The notes: a model not told the origin generated them from the letters alone. Positions 11,891 to 25,760 are shown, counted from the first letter of the stretch. The stretch is 64,000 nucleotides of DNA from Squalus acanthias (GCA_030390025.1 CM059432.1:34040001-34104000); one strand, 5' to 3'. Made by a program: numbers and translations.

Positions 11891-14429
11891 AATGTGAAAT
11901 GCTTTGAAATGTTTCTCAAGGATATAGTGATTTTCTGATTTCTTCTTTGCTGTCAGGGCACTGATTTGGGCACTCTCCATGGTAGGGCGGTGATAGGCAG
12001 AGACTGGCTTTCTGACACTCACTGGCACAACCCATTAGAGCAAAACGTTCACTGCGCAACTTCCTAGAACAAAGCCCATATGGCAATCCCCAGAGTGAGG
12101 CAAGTTCAGTAGCCGATTTAAAAGATGCCTCCTTTTGGCATTGCTTCGTACCGCGGTTAGTGGCACTACATAGTATCAGGGGTTGCATCAGAATAACTCC
12201 ATCGGTACACAGCAGAAAGACAGATTTGATCTCTATCCAATACTAATATTTTTTTCCCAGTAAATGTGGCAGTGGCCATATTTCACATTCATGCTTTGAT
12301 GACATTTTAACCCTCTTTATTTCAAGCTTTCAAATATCAGAATAAAGTCTTGAGTGAGGCTAGGTAGCCTCCCTGTGTCAAAGGGCCCAGACTGCCGCTA
12401 ACTATAAAGACACGCGGGCTGCATCCATTGAGTGATGATATCACTCACCACACGATTGCTTTCCGCAGATTAACACTTGCGAGTGCATTAAAGCCGCAAT
12501 GGGAGGAGGTACACTGCAGGGTGGGAGTTTGGCTCTTTGCTCAGGAGCAGGCACTCCAAGAGGAGGCTGAGAACCTGCAAGGGATTTTGAGACAAGCGTC
12601 CCACAGCCCCACCCCCCTCCCATTCCCCCACTCCCGGTGAAGGGGAAATTTCAACTTCACTGTGGGTCAGGGATACCTGCTTAATAACGAAATAGGGATG
12701 ATTGAAGATAGGATGAAGATAGAAACGCAGGAATATCTGCTGGAATGGAATTAAAATGGTGCCCTGTCCTGGTCCTTTCCTCCATCACCAGAAATCTAAA
12801 GTGTTCCGAACTTTTAGGGCCATACAAACCAGAAATATTCTGAAGCTCTGACGACTAACAAATTAAAACCAAATCAGCAGGAGCAGCATCTAAAACGGGC
12901 GCGTACTGCTTTAGATGCAGGCCCTTCCATCAGAATTGGTGCAATACTGACCTAGAATCCTTCCCTAAATATTAATCTTTCTTTTTCTCAGATGCTGGCC
13001 AATCCTTGCTGTGTATTTCCAGCAGTTTTGGTTATTACAGATGTTCAACGTTTGTTTTTTTCATTTTGTCTCCACTGCCTGACCACAGCCTTGAGGGGTT
13101 CTCGCCTACCCGTCACTCCGGGTTAAGGTGCTTAAGGTTGTGGAGATTCGGGAAGAGTCAGGTCAAGGAATTAACGACATGTTGGGAAAAGGACATGTAA
13201 CTGACTTGGAAAGAGAAAGAGAAAGACTGCAACCATTGCACTCCTAATTAATGTCAATATAAAGTATATGTGCCGCACTAACTGAGACGTATTAATACCA
13301 CAGGAGAACAGGAGAAAACTCAGTATTTACAATTTACAAGAGCAAAATATATCCACATTAAATAGTATATATTTAAATAATTACAGAAAGCATCCAGGTT
13401 CAGTGCGAGAATCTGCTTTAAAGTCACACAGCAACCCTCATTCTCCCTCAAAGACACCCCGCACCCACACATATACACCCCCAGTCCCACACATATACAT
13501 CTCCACCCACACATACACACCCCCAGTCCCACACATATACACCCCTGCCCACACAATGCACATAGGCATCTGTTTCTTCCTGGCTCTCTATTGGGGTGAA
13601 ACCACACTATGTGGTGTTAGCAGAATGTATTACCCCCATGAGGTTCCACTCTTTTAATGAAGGGGTTAATCCATTTTGTTTCCTCTGCAGGCGAATGACA
13701 CAATTATTAATATAGTAGCCCACAACTTGCATTTCTAGAGTGCACCCTACGTACAGAAAGCACTTAACGTTAGGAAGTCAAAAAACAATGGGCGCCGAGT
13801 ATTTGGGGTGGGGGGGTGGGGAGGGTAGTGGAGAGGGCTCGAGGCGGGGGGGAAGGGTGGACGGGCGGAGAGAAATCAGAGAAGGATTACGAGGAGCTTT
13901 TTAAAATCAGGGATTTGGGTGGCAAGCCTAATGGAACTGGGCTGGGGAATGGTGGAGGGGAGTCAGTGGGGGGACAAGGAGATGAGTGCCAGCTGAGTGT
14001 TGGAATGTGTGGCGGGAGGAAATCACGAAGGTAGGGGGAGCAAGGCCAAGAATTTTGAAGCCAGCTTACTTGTGCATGAGGAGCCAGTGGAGCTTGGAGA
14101 GGACGAGGTGATGGAAATGCAGGACAGAGGATTTTGATACAAACACGTTAACCCTTGCACAGTGAGGTTTCACCTCAGTTATGTCAAAGGAAAACATCTA
14201 AACTGCAACGAAAGTCTGAGTTTTAATATTTACATGAATATTCGACCCAACTGTGATGCAAATTTGATTAAAACAATCTTGTGTAAAATTTTATAGCTAT
14301 ACATTTAATAATTTTATCCTTTTCTCATCACGTCTTCTAAAAACATTTTTGCCTGTCATTCATCACAAATTAGCCTAATATACAAATAAAGTCATACACC
14401 CTGTTGGCTCAGTGGATAAATGCATTGCC

Positions 14430-14865
14430 CTGCATCCATGCTTCTGTTACCTCCAGACTGGACTATTCAAATGCTCTCCTGTCCGGTCTTCCATCTTCCA
14501 CAAACTTGAGCTCATCCAAAACTCTGCTGCCCGTATCCTAACTCACACCAAGTCCTGTTCATCCATCACCCCTGTGCGCGCTCACCTACATTAGCTCCTG
14601 GTCCAGCAATGCGTCGATTTTAAAATTCTCATTCTTATGTTCAAATCTCTCCATGGCCTTGCCCCTCACCATCTCTGTATCCTCCTCCAGCCCTACAACC
14701 TTTGAGAACTCCGCGTTCTTCCAATTCTGGCCTCTTGTGCATCCCCCACTTCCATTGCCCCACCATTGGCGGCCGTGCCTTCAGCAGTCTAGTCCCCAAG
14801 CTCTGGAATTCCCTCCCTAAAGCTCTTCACCGCTCCTCCTCTCCTTTAAGTCCCTCCTTAAAAGA
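14430..14865 (+). mobile_element. L2-like LINE ORF2 3' fragment
   Basis: Frameshifted HASVTSRLDYSNALL / LELIQNSAARILT / GGRAFSSLVPKLWNSLP motifs typical of the L2 RT C-terminus. Confidence 0.85.
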
Positions 14866-17800
14866 ATTCCTCAACGCACTCAAAGTTCCTCAGCAAACAC
14901 CCCACAGCGTTATTCCATGTGACAGTAGGAAGACTAAACAAATGCTCCTAGAATTCTCGATCCACATTTGTTGATTGCCACAAGAATAAAAGGAGCCTTT
15001 GTGTGTGACTCTGAATAGGATTCTTTCCCTATTCTTGTCCCAAGTTCTCTCATACTCCAAGCTGGAGGACTCAGGATTTGCTTGCTGACTCCAATTATAC
15101 AAGTATGGATCACTTCAATCTCAAACTGTTTACCTGCCTCAATTGGTAAGGAGATAGCCTTCAGTTGGTAGGGAGTTATTCTGAGGAGGGGATGATTCCA
15201 TCCATAACATCCCACAGTGAGCAGGGCCATTACAGGGTAAAATGGGTATAGAGCTGGGCAGGGCTGCAGACATATTTCTGCAGGGAACTCTAGTCCATTG
15301 GGTACCTGGGATAGAGCTGGGTAGAACTGCGGACTTCTTCACACTCCGATAAGTAATGTTATTCTATGAACGGGCTCCATGGGGAGCCAAATACAACTTC
15401 AGACTCTTCCACAGTTTGTGGACAATGTTGCTCCCCTGACTAAATGGCCCCAACCTCACGGGCGATACCATTCCAGTAATCTGAGCACTCCCATGAGGTG
15501 GGGATTGAGCCTCTTGATATTACCATTGGCAATACTATGAAGTGAGCTGTGCATTACCCCAATCCCCACAGGGTAATAGATGCAACACTGCATCATGGGC
15601 TAAATATCTGCAGAAGGAGCGAAGCTGAACTACAGACCCTGCTGCAGCCCCAGATATAGATTAAAAGAGAACTGCAGCCACCACAGTTGCATAGACAATG
15701 CTGTCCACACAACCTGTCTGATTTTCCATCCATTCATTCAGAAATGTCCAGCTCTCCAGAACCCCTGCCGCCAGATTTTCCCCTACACACTCCACCCATG
15801 CGGTTATTTGATGTACGAGCACAAAAGAGGCAATTTGGTTTATGGTTTTTAAATATACATGACCATCCCCGCTCCCCCCCGCCACATACTATCTTACACC
15901 TCACCCAAATAACTATAACTCACATTGAACAGATGCTTCTGTTTGGTGCATACTACCATGTAATGTCCTTCAGAAGTGACAGCATCAGTGCCTGAATTCA
16001 ATGTTACCACTTCAGTAAAGGGACTTATTTATTAAAGTGTTGCAGATGCTATTTAATGGTGCTTAATCGAAACTTCTTCTATGTGTTTTAAATTCTTGTT
16101 CTCGCGCTTTTTAACCTTTATTTTATTAACAGTTATCCATTCAGCTGAGTTGAAGGAAGATTTCCTCAGCTCTCTGTGTGTTAATGATGTTGTAAACCTA
16201 TCGGGGAGATTTTCTGTGATCCCCAAGTTTGTGACTTCTCCAGAAATGGCAGACGTCTTGAAATCTTCCTGTTAAGTTTACGATGTCACTAACACACGGT
16301 GACCAGAGACAACCTTTGCCTTATGTGTTTTCTGGGGTCATTTGACCCAATTTTCCACCCATGCACACGCACACACTTGCACACGCAGCCATTGCACCCC
16401 TTCCCTCCCACTAACCTTTACATATTTTATAATATATATATATATATATATATTTATGATTAGAACTGACCGGTTCTGTGACCGTTATACTATAGGTTAC
16501 AGCAATGGGCACACTTTTATCAGCCAGTGGTGCACTGTGGTAGAAAGTTAAACTAAAGTCTTTCCAATACTGCTACCAGGGTCAATATACTCTGCACTGC
16601 GCTAATTATTTATAACACACCCTGTAATAGTGTGGGTTTGCGTTCACCTTTATTTTTGCCTCATTTTTTAAAAAATTCTGGATTTTATAATCCACGTCTT
16701 GGTGTCAACACTTGTTACAAACACGATGACACAATTTGATTTTTCCTTGGATGTTCTTTCCCCAACTCCAAATTACTGCCCTCCTCTCTCTTGAAGGCAC
16801 TGTCTGGGGGATATGGTTCCATGGGCATCATCTGCCCATAGGTTCCTCACGCAAGGCGGAGTTTTGGCAATCGATCTCAGGAGACATTCTGGCTGAGCCC
16901 GAACCTGTCCTTAACCAACATCCACACACACATGTGCCTGCCAGTTGGAGTCATTGGATAGCAATCAAGAGCAGGAATACTTTCTGATCTTTCCCACCCT
17001 CCCCCCGCAACACCCGTCCTCTAGTCCAGAGGTACTGAGCCCAATCATAGCACCTCGAATGGTTTCCTGGCTGGAATCAGCTTACTCAGTGTATGAAACC
17101 TGGGACCTCTCTGGCTTGTATGCCTCAGTTCCGCACTCAGAAATGCATATACCCACTAAGCCATTGAAGGAATTTTCACTTCCCCCGACACACTGTGATC
17201 TACAGGGAATAATACTAGGGTGTGTTATAAGTAGAGCATATAGCACATTAATAACAGTCACTTAACAAAAGCCAACATTTTTGATAATTCTATACAACTA
17301 ATATGAGGCTATTCACCACATCTGCATGCACTGAACCCGCCACCCCCATTTCCACCCTAGATGACCGTAGCTCCTTTGGCTGGTTCTTATGTCGCACTGG
17401 GAGTTCAACCTAGTCCTAGTGTTGACCAGCCTTATCTTGCTGAATGAATTTGGCCCAAGCGGTTTCCATGACGTCATCCAAAGTATTTGTTGGACACAAG
17501 AAACCATCTGGAGTGTGTCCTGAAACCCAAGGCACTAGAAAGCTCATCTCAGTCCAGCAAACGGAAGGTATGGATCCATGTTCTGGTCAAAATGATTTGG
17601 TGTTCCTTGACATTTTTTGGGATATTATGTCTGAATTAATAACACCAAAATGATGCGCAATGTACAGTCAGTGTGTAACGGGGCTTTAGGCTGAAGGGAT
17701 CAGTCTAGTAGCCAAGTGAGCTTCAATATCTCATCAGTCCATTACTTATTGATTTCCGAATAAGAATTAGTCATTTTTGATTAGAATTAGATCTAACCAT

Positions 17801-17893
17801 ACATCTGATCATTCAAGATTAGATTGACATTCTAATTAGATCCAATGAACCCAAGCCGCCGAAACTGGCCCATGTAATTGTTTTAAAAGTTGA

Positions 17894-17994
17894 TGCAATG
17901 CTGATATTCTACCACTAGATGTCACCAGCATTTTTAGTGAATACTATTTACAAGGCATGCTAGTGACATCTAGGGGCAGGAAACCATCAATGCA
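17894..17994. promoter_or_regulatory. Two convergent CTCF-like motifs forming an imperfect inverted repeat
   Basis: + strand TGCAATG..CCACTAGATGTCACCA and - strand TGCATTG..CCCCTAGATGTCACTA, each with the upstream TGCA module 18 bp before the core. Confidence 0.5.
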
Positions 17995-20950
17995 CCTATT
18001 TGGCTGCATAGGAACCTCAGTTTAAGAAGCTGAGGCATGATGGTATTTGAGCTTCCTGCTGATCCTTGTTCTTGTTCTGCAATCTGCTGATTTCAGCTGT
18101 GAATGCTTCCTTAATGGAGCTACTAGTATCTGAATCCATCTTGTAGAAATTAGGGGTGTCAGGGTTAAATAGCAGTTTGTGAACATGCATGGTGATACGT
18201 CAAATTGTTATAATAGAGTGAGGAATATGCAATTACTGCCAGTCCTTTAGATCTCCAGGCAGTTAAATCCACTTAAACACAGTAGATTAGTATCAGAGAC
18301 CAGCCTTTCCATCGACATGTTCCGCCATGTCTACTTAAAAGTCTGCCAGTCTTCAGTCTGAAGAACCACAGTCCTGGGAACAAAATCTCGTCTTCTTTGC
18401 ATCCAGCGAAACTATCCAGCCCTCCATGGTCTGGTCTGCACATAACCTCGTAAGAGCTCTCTAACTTTATTGGCTAGTGCTTTCTCCGTCATGTATATTT
18501 GACCTACAACAGTCGTAGAGTGAGAACGACAGATAACGCTCTGACTATACTGGCAGCTGGTAATTGGAGCATTTGGAACCTTCAATTGCAATTTTCATTT
18601 CCAATTTGTCTTCCGCTGAAGGACGCACTGGGATGGCCAGTGGTCTATTGGTCTGTATTCTGGTTGGCTTTATTTAAAGTAAGTGGTTGAGGCAAAACTA
18701 TGAGCTACGTCTCTAGTCTGGTTTGCATACCAAATCTTTCCCATGTGTAATTCCTGCTTTCCTCGTACCTCAAACTGCCTGTGCAGTCGAGGAACACAGT
18801 CTGTTCGCGAATATTTAGCTTACAGGCCTTGTTTATTATGAATACCAGAACGTAATGAGATCATTACGTCATTGAAGCGTGGGAACTCACAGCCATGCTC
18901 TGGGGGCACATAACTGTCCAGGATTCACAATTTATGGGCATTTTATACGAGCTGTTTCACGCCAATTAGGGTTAATCTGGGATGGTCCCAGACCCAGTAT
19001 AAACAGATCATTAATGTCTATTGGCATGGATACTACTACACTGTAGGCCTGCATCTTCTGGGAACCTGATACTTAACAGCCACTGGAGTGAGGAGACTTT
19101 CATCTACCTGATGTCTCAGCTGGATTCAAACGCAGGTCCCAAGAATGAAAGGACCAGAACGTATTACCACTCTTCTCTAAACCCTTTACGTGTACAAAAA
19201 CTGCTTTGTCTGGCTCCTTGTTCTAATTGCACTATCGAGACCCATTTTTTTTGAACAACCCAACCTGAACCCTGCAGAACAAACATGAAAACCAAGTGAC
19301 CCTTCGGAAAAGGCACGTTAAGGTTAAGGAAAGCTTTGCCGGGAACTTGCCGAGATTCTAAATAAAAGCATGAAACGTCTCACGCATTTTGTTTCTCATC
19401 AGTCTCCCCAGGCCCCACCCATCCCTCTCGCTGAAAGGCATCGATTCCTCACTGGAGTGCAGTACCCTGGGAACCGGTCACCCATCATCCCATCACCTTA
19501 CTATTATTCACATCGAGCCGCAAAAGCATCAGGCTGTGAGGCTATTCGATCATGGCGGGGGGGGGGGGGGTGGGGGCGGGGGCGTAAGTGGCATCACAGC
19601 TTAAACCCAACTTGCCCTCACCTGATTTCCACACTCATGCACTTCCAGCAGGTGTCACATTGTAGTAATTAGGAAAGAGGGGTACTGGCCGATTGCCCTC
19701 TCTCTAACCCTGGAGCACCGCTCCCCTTTGCTCAGCTCAGTACTGGGAATCGAGCCTGTGGCCTTCCTAGTCAGTATGCCTGAGCTACTCAAAGGGCAAG
19801 TCTGTTCAGCCACTCATTTGTGTCTCTATTCTCACCACGTTTCTCTCCTCATAATCCTTGGGGCACTGGCTCTTGCTGGGGCATCAGTCCCAGTTGGCTG
19901 GCCCTCTCCTGTACCTCACACTAGTGATCACTTTTCACGTCTGAGCCTGGATAATGTACAGGCAGTACATTTATGGGAGTTGTCCCAGTTAAGCCCAGAC
20001 CTACCCTCACATGCACTTCTAGCAGGGGTTACTGGATAGCAATCAGAAATGGGCACAAGGGTCTTTTTCCCTTTCCCTAGTCCTGGACCACTAAGGCCAA
20101 TTGCACGGCCCCAATCTCCATCCCAGTGGAGGTCAGCTAATTCAGTGCAGGCAGAGAATCAAACCTGAGTCTTCTCTGGTCTGTATGGCTTACCACTATA
20201 CCAAAGAGTACATTTACTCCCTAACATTCTACCATTCTATGAAGACATGAGGGGAGCAGCTTGCATAAAGCAGGTGTTCTCAATGATGCCATGAGCATGG
20301 TCTGAATTCCCACCAAATATGTTAAATCTTTGGGTTGTGGCTACCTTGCTGGTAACCCTTCATCCAATCAGCTTTGGCCACTTGTTGCACGATGGCCTTT
20401 CAAACTGCTTCTTCACTCTTCAGCCCAAATGGAATTTTGTAATTCTTCCACCTCTATCTGTTCTGTCCATGTCCTGTGAAACTTCAGTAATTAACTATTT
20501 CAGCACTGAGTGTCACGCAATGGACCTTGAAATTAAAGGCCTGAACAGGCCCGGTTGTAATCCATTAAAATTGAATTTCTCAAATTTTTAACCAGCTCAT
20601 CAGTGGAAGACCTACTGAAGCCCTTGTTGGCATGTTCAGTTGCTGTTGACCTGCGGTATCCTTAAGAAGATCCATCGTTTCCAGGATTTTGCAGTAAAGT
20701 GGTTTGTTTAGAAGCAGGCATTGCACCATTCAATATCTATCTACCTTCTCTCGTTTGACTTCAGACTTTAGCTCTTTGAATCCAAGAGATCTGTGATGCA
20801 GTTTATACGTTTTTGATGTACATTGAAGTCAGAATTCTCTCCATGTATTTTTTTGGGACTGTTGGGATTTGTTGCAGTGTTTCCTCAGGCAGATCCTTCC
20901 TGCTCCTCACTATGGTTCTCCAGAGCCTTTTCCACTGGAAAGTGGAATAT

Positions 20951-21433
20951 TTAGTCTTTGCAGGTGTAAATCTCTTCTCTTTGAGTACATTGCTTACACT
21001 CCACATAACAGCACCAGCGCACTTGGCACTGACAGGGTCGCGTCACCACCCGGCTCTGAGTATTGTGCCCTCGACCACAGCAGATGCTCTCGCAGTTCTT
21101 GTCCTTATAGCACTTCCGCGTTGCAGTGCCCGGCGAGTACTTGCTCGGCCGGCAGAAGCTCGGCGAGTCATCAATATAGACCAAGTCAGTAGTCCTTGGG
21201 ATCTGGTTTTGCTGGTGGTGAGTAGCAGTAATGGCTTTTTTCGGCGGTGTAATCTCCCCTTCACCCGTTGCTTCATTGGTCGTGCTGCCCACCTTGAGCG
21301 AGGTCTCATACTTCAGTTTGAGTAACTTGCCGATCTCATGGAAAGGGGACAGCTGCCTCCAGCAAGTCCGAACGGTGCAAGAGCCAGAAACACCATGGCA
21401 TTTGCAGGTGGTCTCCACACCGGATTTGATAAC
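20951..21433 (-). CDS. wnt9a: Wnt9a terminal coding exon 4 (483 bp incl. stop)
   Basis: [28 protein letters not shown]...[43 protein letters not shown]. Contains the Wnt palmitoleoylation motif [10 protein letters not shown] and the C-terminal Cys pattern. Acceptor tctacag|GTT, phase 0, TAA stop. Confidence 0.98.
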   Translation of the reverse strand, partial: VIKSGVETTCKCHGVSGSCTVRTCWRQLSPFHEIGKLLKLKYETSLKVGSTTNEATGEGEITPPKKAITATHHQQNQIPRTTDLVYIDDSPSFCRPSKYSPGTATRKCYKDKNCESICCGRGHNTQSRVVTRPCQCQVRWCCYVECKQCTQREEIYTCKD

Positions 21434-21519
21434 CTGTAGACGAGACAGGCACACAGACATCAGTCAACATAGAAAACTATTTGGGGCGACTCAACAGTAA
21501 GGACCACATGGAGAAGAAG

Positions 21520-22045
21520 CCTTTCCACCATCTACAAGGCACAAGTCAGGAGTGTGATGGAATACTCTCCACTTGCCTGGATGAGTGCAGCTCCAACAAC
21601 ACTCAAGAAGCTCAACACCATCCAGGACAAAGTAGCCCGCTTGATTGGCACCCCATCCACCACCTTAAACATTCACTCCCTGCACCACCAGCGCACCGTG
21701 GCTGCAGTGTGTACCATCTACAAGATGCACTGCAGCAACTTGCCAAGGCTTCTTTGGCAGCACCTCCCAAACCCACGACCTAGAAGGACAAGAGCAGCAG
21801 GCGCATGGGAATACCATGACCTCCAAGTTCCACACCATCCTGACTTGGAAATATATCGCCGTTCCTTCATCGTCGCTGTGTCAAAATCCTGGAACTCCCT
21901 CCCTAACAGCACTGTGGGAGCACCTTCACCACATGGACTGCAGTGGTTCAAGAAGGCGGCTCACCACCACCTTCTCAAGGACAATTAGGGATGGGCAATA
22001 AATGCTGGCCTTGCCAGCGACGCCCACATTCCAGGAACGAAAATT
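21520..22045 (+). mobile_element. LINE 3' fragment (ORF2 C-terminus + tail)
   Basis: ORF MEYSPLAWMSAAPTTLKKLNTIQDKVARLIG...SFIVAVSKSWNSLP, followed by the tail gggcaataaatgctggccttgccagcgacgcccaca. Confidence 0.9.
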
Positions 22046-22054
22046 AAACAAACT

Positions 22055-22612
22055 TAGAATCATAGAATCAGACACCATTTGGCCCATTGTAATTGAGCTG
22101 GCTCTTTAAAGGAGCTATCCAATTGGTCCCACTCTTTCTGCTCTTTCCCCATAGCCTGGGAAAATTTTCCTTTTCAAGTATATATCCAATTCACTTTTGA
22201 AAGTTACTATTGAATCTGCTTCCACCATCCTTTCAGACAGTACATTCCAGCTCATAACAACTCGCTGCATAAAGAAATTTCTCCTAATCTCCCCTTTGGT
22301 TCTTTTGCCAATTACGTTAAATCTGCGTCCTCTGCGACCCTCCTGCCAGTTTCTCCCTATCTACTCTATCAAGGCCCTTCATAATTTTGAACATCTCTAT
22401 TAAATCTCCCCTTAAACTTCTCTGCTCTAAGGAGAACAACACCAGCTTCTCCAGTCTCTCCACATAGCTGAATTCCCTCATCCATGGTACCATTCTAGTA
22501 AATTTCCTCTGCATCTTTGCCAAGGCCTTGACATCCTTCCTAAAGTGTGATGCCCAGCATTGGACACAATACTCCAGCTGAGGCTTAACCAGTGATTTAT
22601 AAAGGTTCATCT
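22055..22612 (-). mobile_element. CR1-like LINE 3' fragment
   Basis: ORF LYKSLVKPQLEYCVQCWASHFRKDV...LRGDLIEMFKIMKGLDRVD. Confidence 0.9.
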
Positions 22613-23874
22613 AGAAGGCCTATTTCATTTTAACACCCCTATGGCAGTAATTTCTGCGGATATTCTCCCCATCGTCTACCGTTACTTCAGCGGAAACCAA
22701 TGGAGAAACAGCGTAAACTGACAGTTACTACAATTTCTCCGGGGTTTCCACTAATTTTTGCGGAGATTCTACCTCATCATTTTGTGCTCAGTGGTGAGCG
22801 ATTTTAGCATCGGGGAATGAAACTTTGTCAGCCTCAAGTATTTCCTAGGTCAGGTATAGGACGGTTAGATGAAGAGTAAAACTCCCTCTACTCTGCCCCA
22901 ACAAGAAAGACTTGCATTTATATAGCACCTTTCATGACCTCAGGATGTCCCAAAGAACTTCACATCCAATGAAGTACTTTTTGAAATGTAGTCACTGTTA
23001 TGATGTAGGAAACGCAGCAGCCAATTTACACACAGCAATGTCCCACAAACAGCAGTGAGATAAATGACAGCTATTCGGTGATGGTGGTTGAGAGATTAAT
23101 GTTGGTCAAGACACCAGCAGAACTCCCTGCTCTTTTATGACTAGTGCTACCTGACCTCTTATGTCCATATGAGAGTCCTGTCTGCCCACTACCTACAAGG
23201 GTCTATGAGAAATGAGTTTTGGTTCTTTATCCTGTCATTCCAGACTGGAATCCAGGTCACAGAGATGGAGTACCAATGTCAAACCCACTACATAACCCAC
23301 TCATTTTGACCAACAGCAAGACACAGATTCTAGAATCTTCCTGCTTCGGGCTTCAGGAAACATGACAAAGCCATTTGGTTCCAAAGAGGCCAACCCTCTT
23401 GCACTGATCTCAGTCCCACAATCCCACCTTCTCACTGCATACCTCAAGCTCTTCTCTCTCCAGTAGCACATCTAAGTGTCACTCTATTGCCCTCTTCAGT
23501 AGCTTATCCCGGTAATTTATTCCACAATATGGGAAAAGCTCTACCTGACTTCTGATATTACTCCAAAAGTCTTCATTTTTAATTTGGGTCCCTTGGGATT
23601 TGAACCGTAGTTTCTAGTACAAGTAAATTAATATTTAAGTTTAAAAAAATAAAATGAAACAGGTGGTACCATACATTTCGAACATTTCAGAGTAAATTCT
23701 CCTGTGATTTTCTGATATGCGCTCCCGATGGGGGAGGTTCTGTGCTGGGAGCACAGAAATGTAACTTTTACTCTTCAGTCGACAGCAAATAAGTGATGAC
23801 CTTGAAAAGACATTGTGCAATACTGATGTATGGAAGCGTTTTGGGTTCCTATGGTATTCCTCTGTCCACCAGTG

Positions 23875-24580
23875 AGTACAGGTATTGTCGGGTGCAGTAA
23901 CGTAGTGGTTATGGCAACCCAAAGATCATGAGTTCGTAATCCCACCAGGGCAAGTTGTGAAATTCAATTTCATTTATTTGGTAACTTGTGGGCTGGCACC
24001 AGAAATAACCAGAAAAGTTGCCAGATTGTTGTAAAAAAACAACTTGGTTCACTAATGTCCCTTCAGGGAAGGGAACCTGCCCCCTCTACCTGGTCTTTTT
24101 ATTAATTCTTGGGATATGGGGGTTGCTAGCAAGGCCAGCATTTATTGCCCATATCTAGTTGCCCTTGAGAAGGTGGTGGAGTCCATGTGGTGAAGGTACT
24201 CCCACAGTGCTGTTAGGTAGGGAATTCCAGGATTTTGACTCAGTGATGTTGAAGGAACAGCGATATATGTCCAAGTCAGGATGGTGTATGACTTGGAGGA
24301 GAACTTAGTGATAGTGTTCCCATGCACCTGCTGCCTTTGTCCTTCTCGGTGGTAGAGGTCGTGAGTTGCTGCAGTGCATCTTGTAGATAGTACACACTGC
24401 AGACTCATTCCGCCGGTGGTGGAGGGAGTGAATATTTAAGCCTACACGTGACTCCAGTCACCCAGTTTCAAGGTGGTGGCTCACTATTTCCTTTCTCGGG
24501 ATAAATAGGGAAGGGGCAATAAATGTGGCCTTGCAAGCATCATCCACATCCTGAGAACAGATTAAAAAAAAATAAACTGT
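23875..24580 (+). mobile_element. HE1-like SINE with a nested antisense LINE 3' fragment (~24095-24440)
   Basis: SINE head (gagttcg..aatcccacca) and tail (ggcaataaatgtggccttgc) are split by the reverse complement of the 21520-22045 family. Confidence 0.65.
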
Positions 24581-25129
24581 TTGAAGTAAGTGGGGTCGAT
24601 GCATCTGTCAGAACTACAGATGGAGAAATTTGACACTATTGCGTGTGGCTTTTGTTTGCAGAATTGGGCCATTTCAATGCAGAGATATGTTTTATTAAAT
24701 GGAATCAAATTTGTTCTTGGGAAAGCTAACTATGTGACCAGAAAATGAAAGCTGGCATTGCTGGGATAAATCAGCATCAATTCCACCTGTGACTCCTTTA
24801 TAATCTGCATAGGTTTGTGATACTGAAAGGGTTAATGTGGTGTTTGAACGTTCAAAGTTTTATTTGCTGTCAAATTTACATTACTTCCCCCCTACCCCCA
24901 TGCTCCCAATGGACTACTCCACTGATGATGTCATGAGTTGACTCTCTGCCATGCTCTGTGCATTATCTGTTAACCCCATGACATCATCCAGTGGAAAAGT
25001 CTGTCTGAAAAACAGGGGAATAGCATTTGGCACTATGATTTAAGGTATTGATCTGAGATTTAGAAGACTTCATTAAATAAAGGGTATAATCCCTCTAATT
25101 TTGTCAATCGTTTTCTCCTTGGGCCATCA

Positions 25130-25760
25130 GAAACACAGGAACAGGAGTAAAGCATTCAGCCCTAAGACTGCACACTCTTGTTTTGGATTCCCTCACCAGA
25201 GGAAATCGTTTCTCGGTATCTACCCTATTGAATCTCTATCATTTTAAACACCTTGCTCAGATCACCCCTCAACCTTCTAAACTCATGGGAATACAAGCCA
25301 TGTTTATGCAATTTGTCAGTATAACTTAACCCTTTAAGCTCTGGTATAATTCTGGTGAATTGCTCTGTATCCCCTGTAAGGCCAATATATCTTTCCTGCG
25401 GTTTAGTGTACAAATCTGAATGTAGTACTCCAGATAGTGTGTGACCAAGGCTCTGTACAACTAAAACATCACTTCCTTACTTTTGAATTCAAACCCCCTT
25501 GAGATAAAGACCAACATTCCCTTTGTCTTTTTGATTACTTTTTGTATCTGTGCATTAGTTTTTAGTGATTTGTGTGTATGGATACCTAAATCCTTTGCGC
25601 CTCTACAATTCCTCGTCTCTCACCATTAATAAAATATTCCAATTTGTTTTGCTCAGATCCAAAGTACATGACCTCACACTTCCCCACATTGAACTCCATC
25701 TGCCAGAGTGTTGCCCACTCACTTAGTCTGTCTATGTTCCTTTGTACCTCCCTGCTCTCA
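25130..25760 (-). mobile_element. CR1-like LINE fragment
   Basis: Degenerate CR1 ORF2 motifs (FTRIIPELKGLSY...RRLRGDL; QVELNVGKCEVMYFG). Confidence 0.8.

Noticed and set aside
20813..21325. 170-aa plus-strand ORF
   Set aside because: Antisense shadow of Wnt9a exon 4; no independent protein features.
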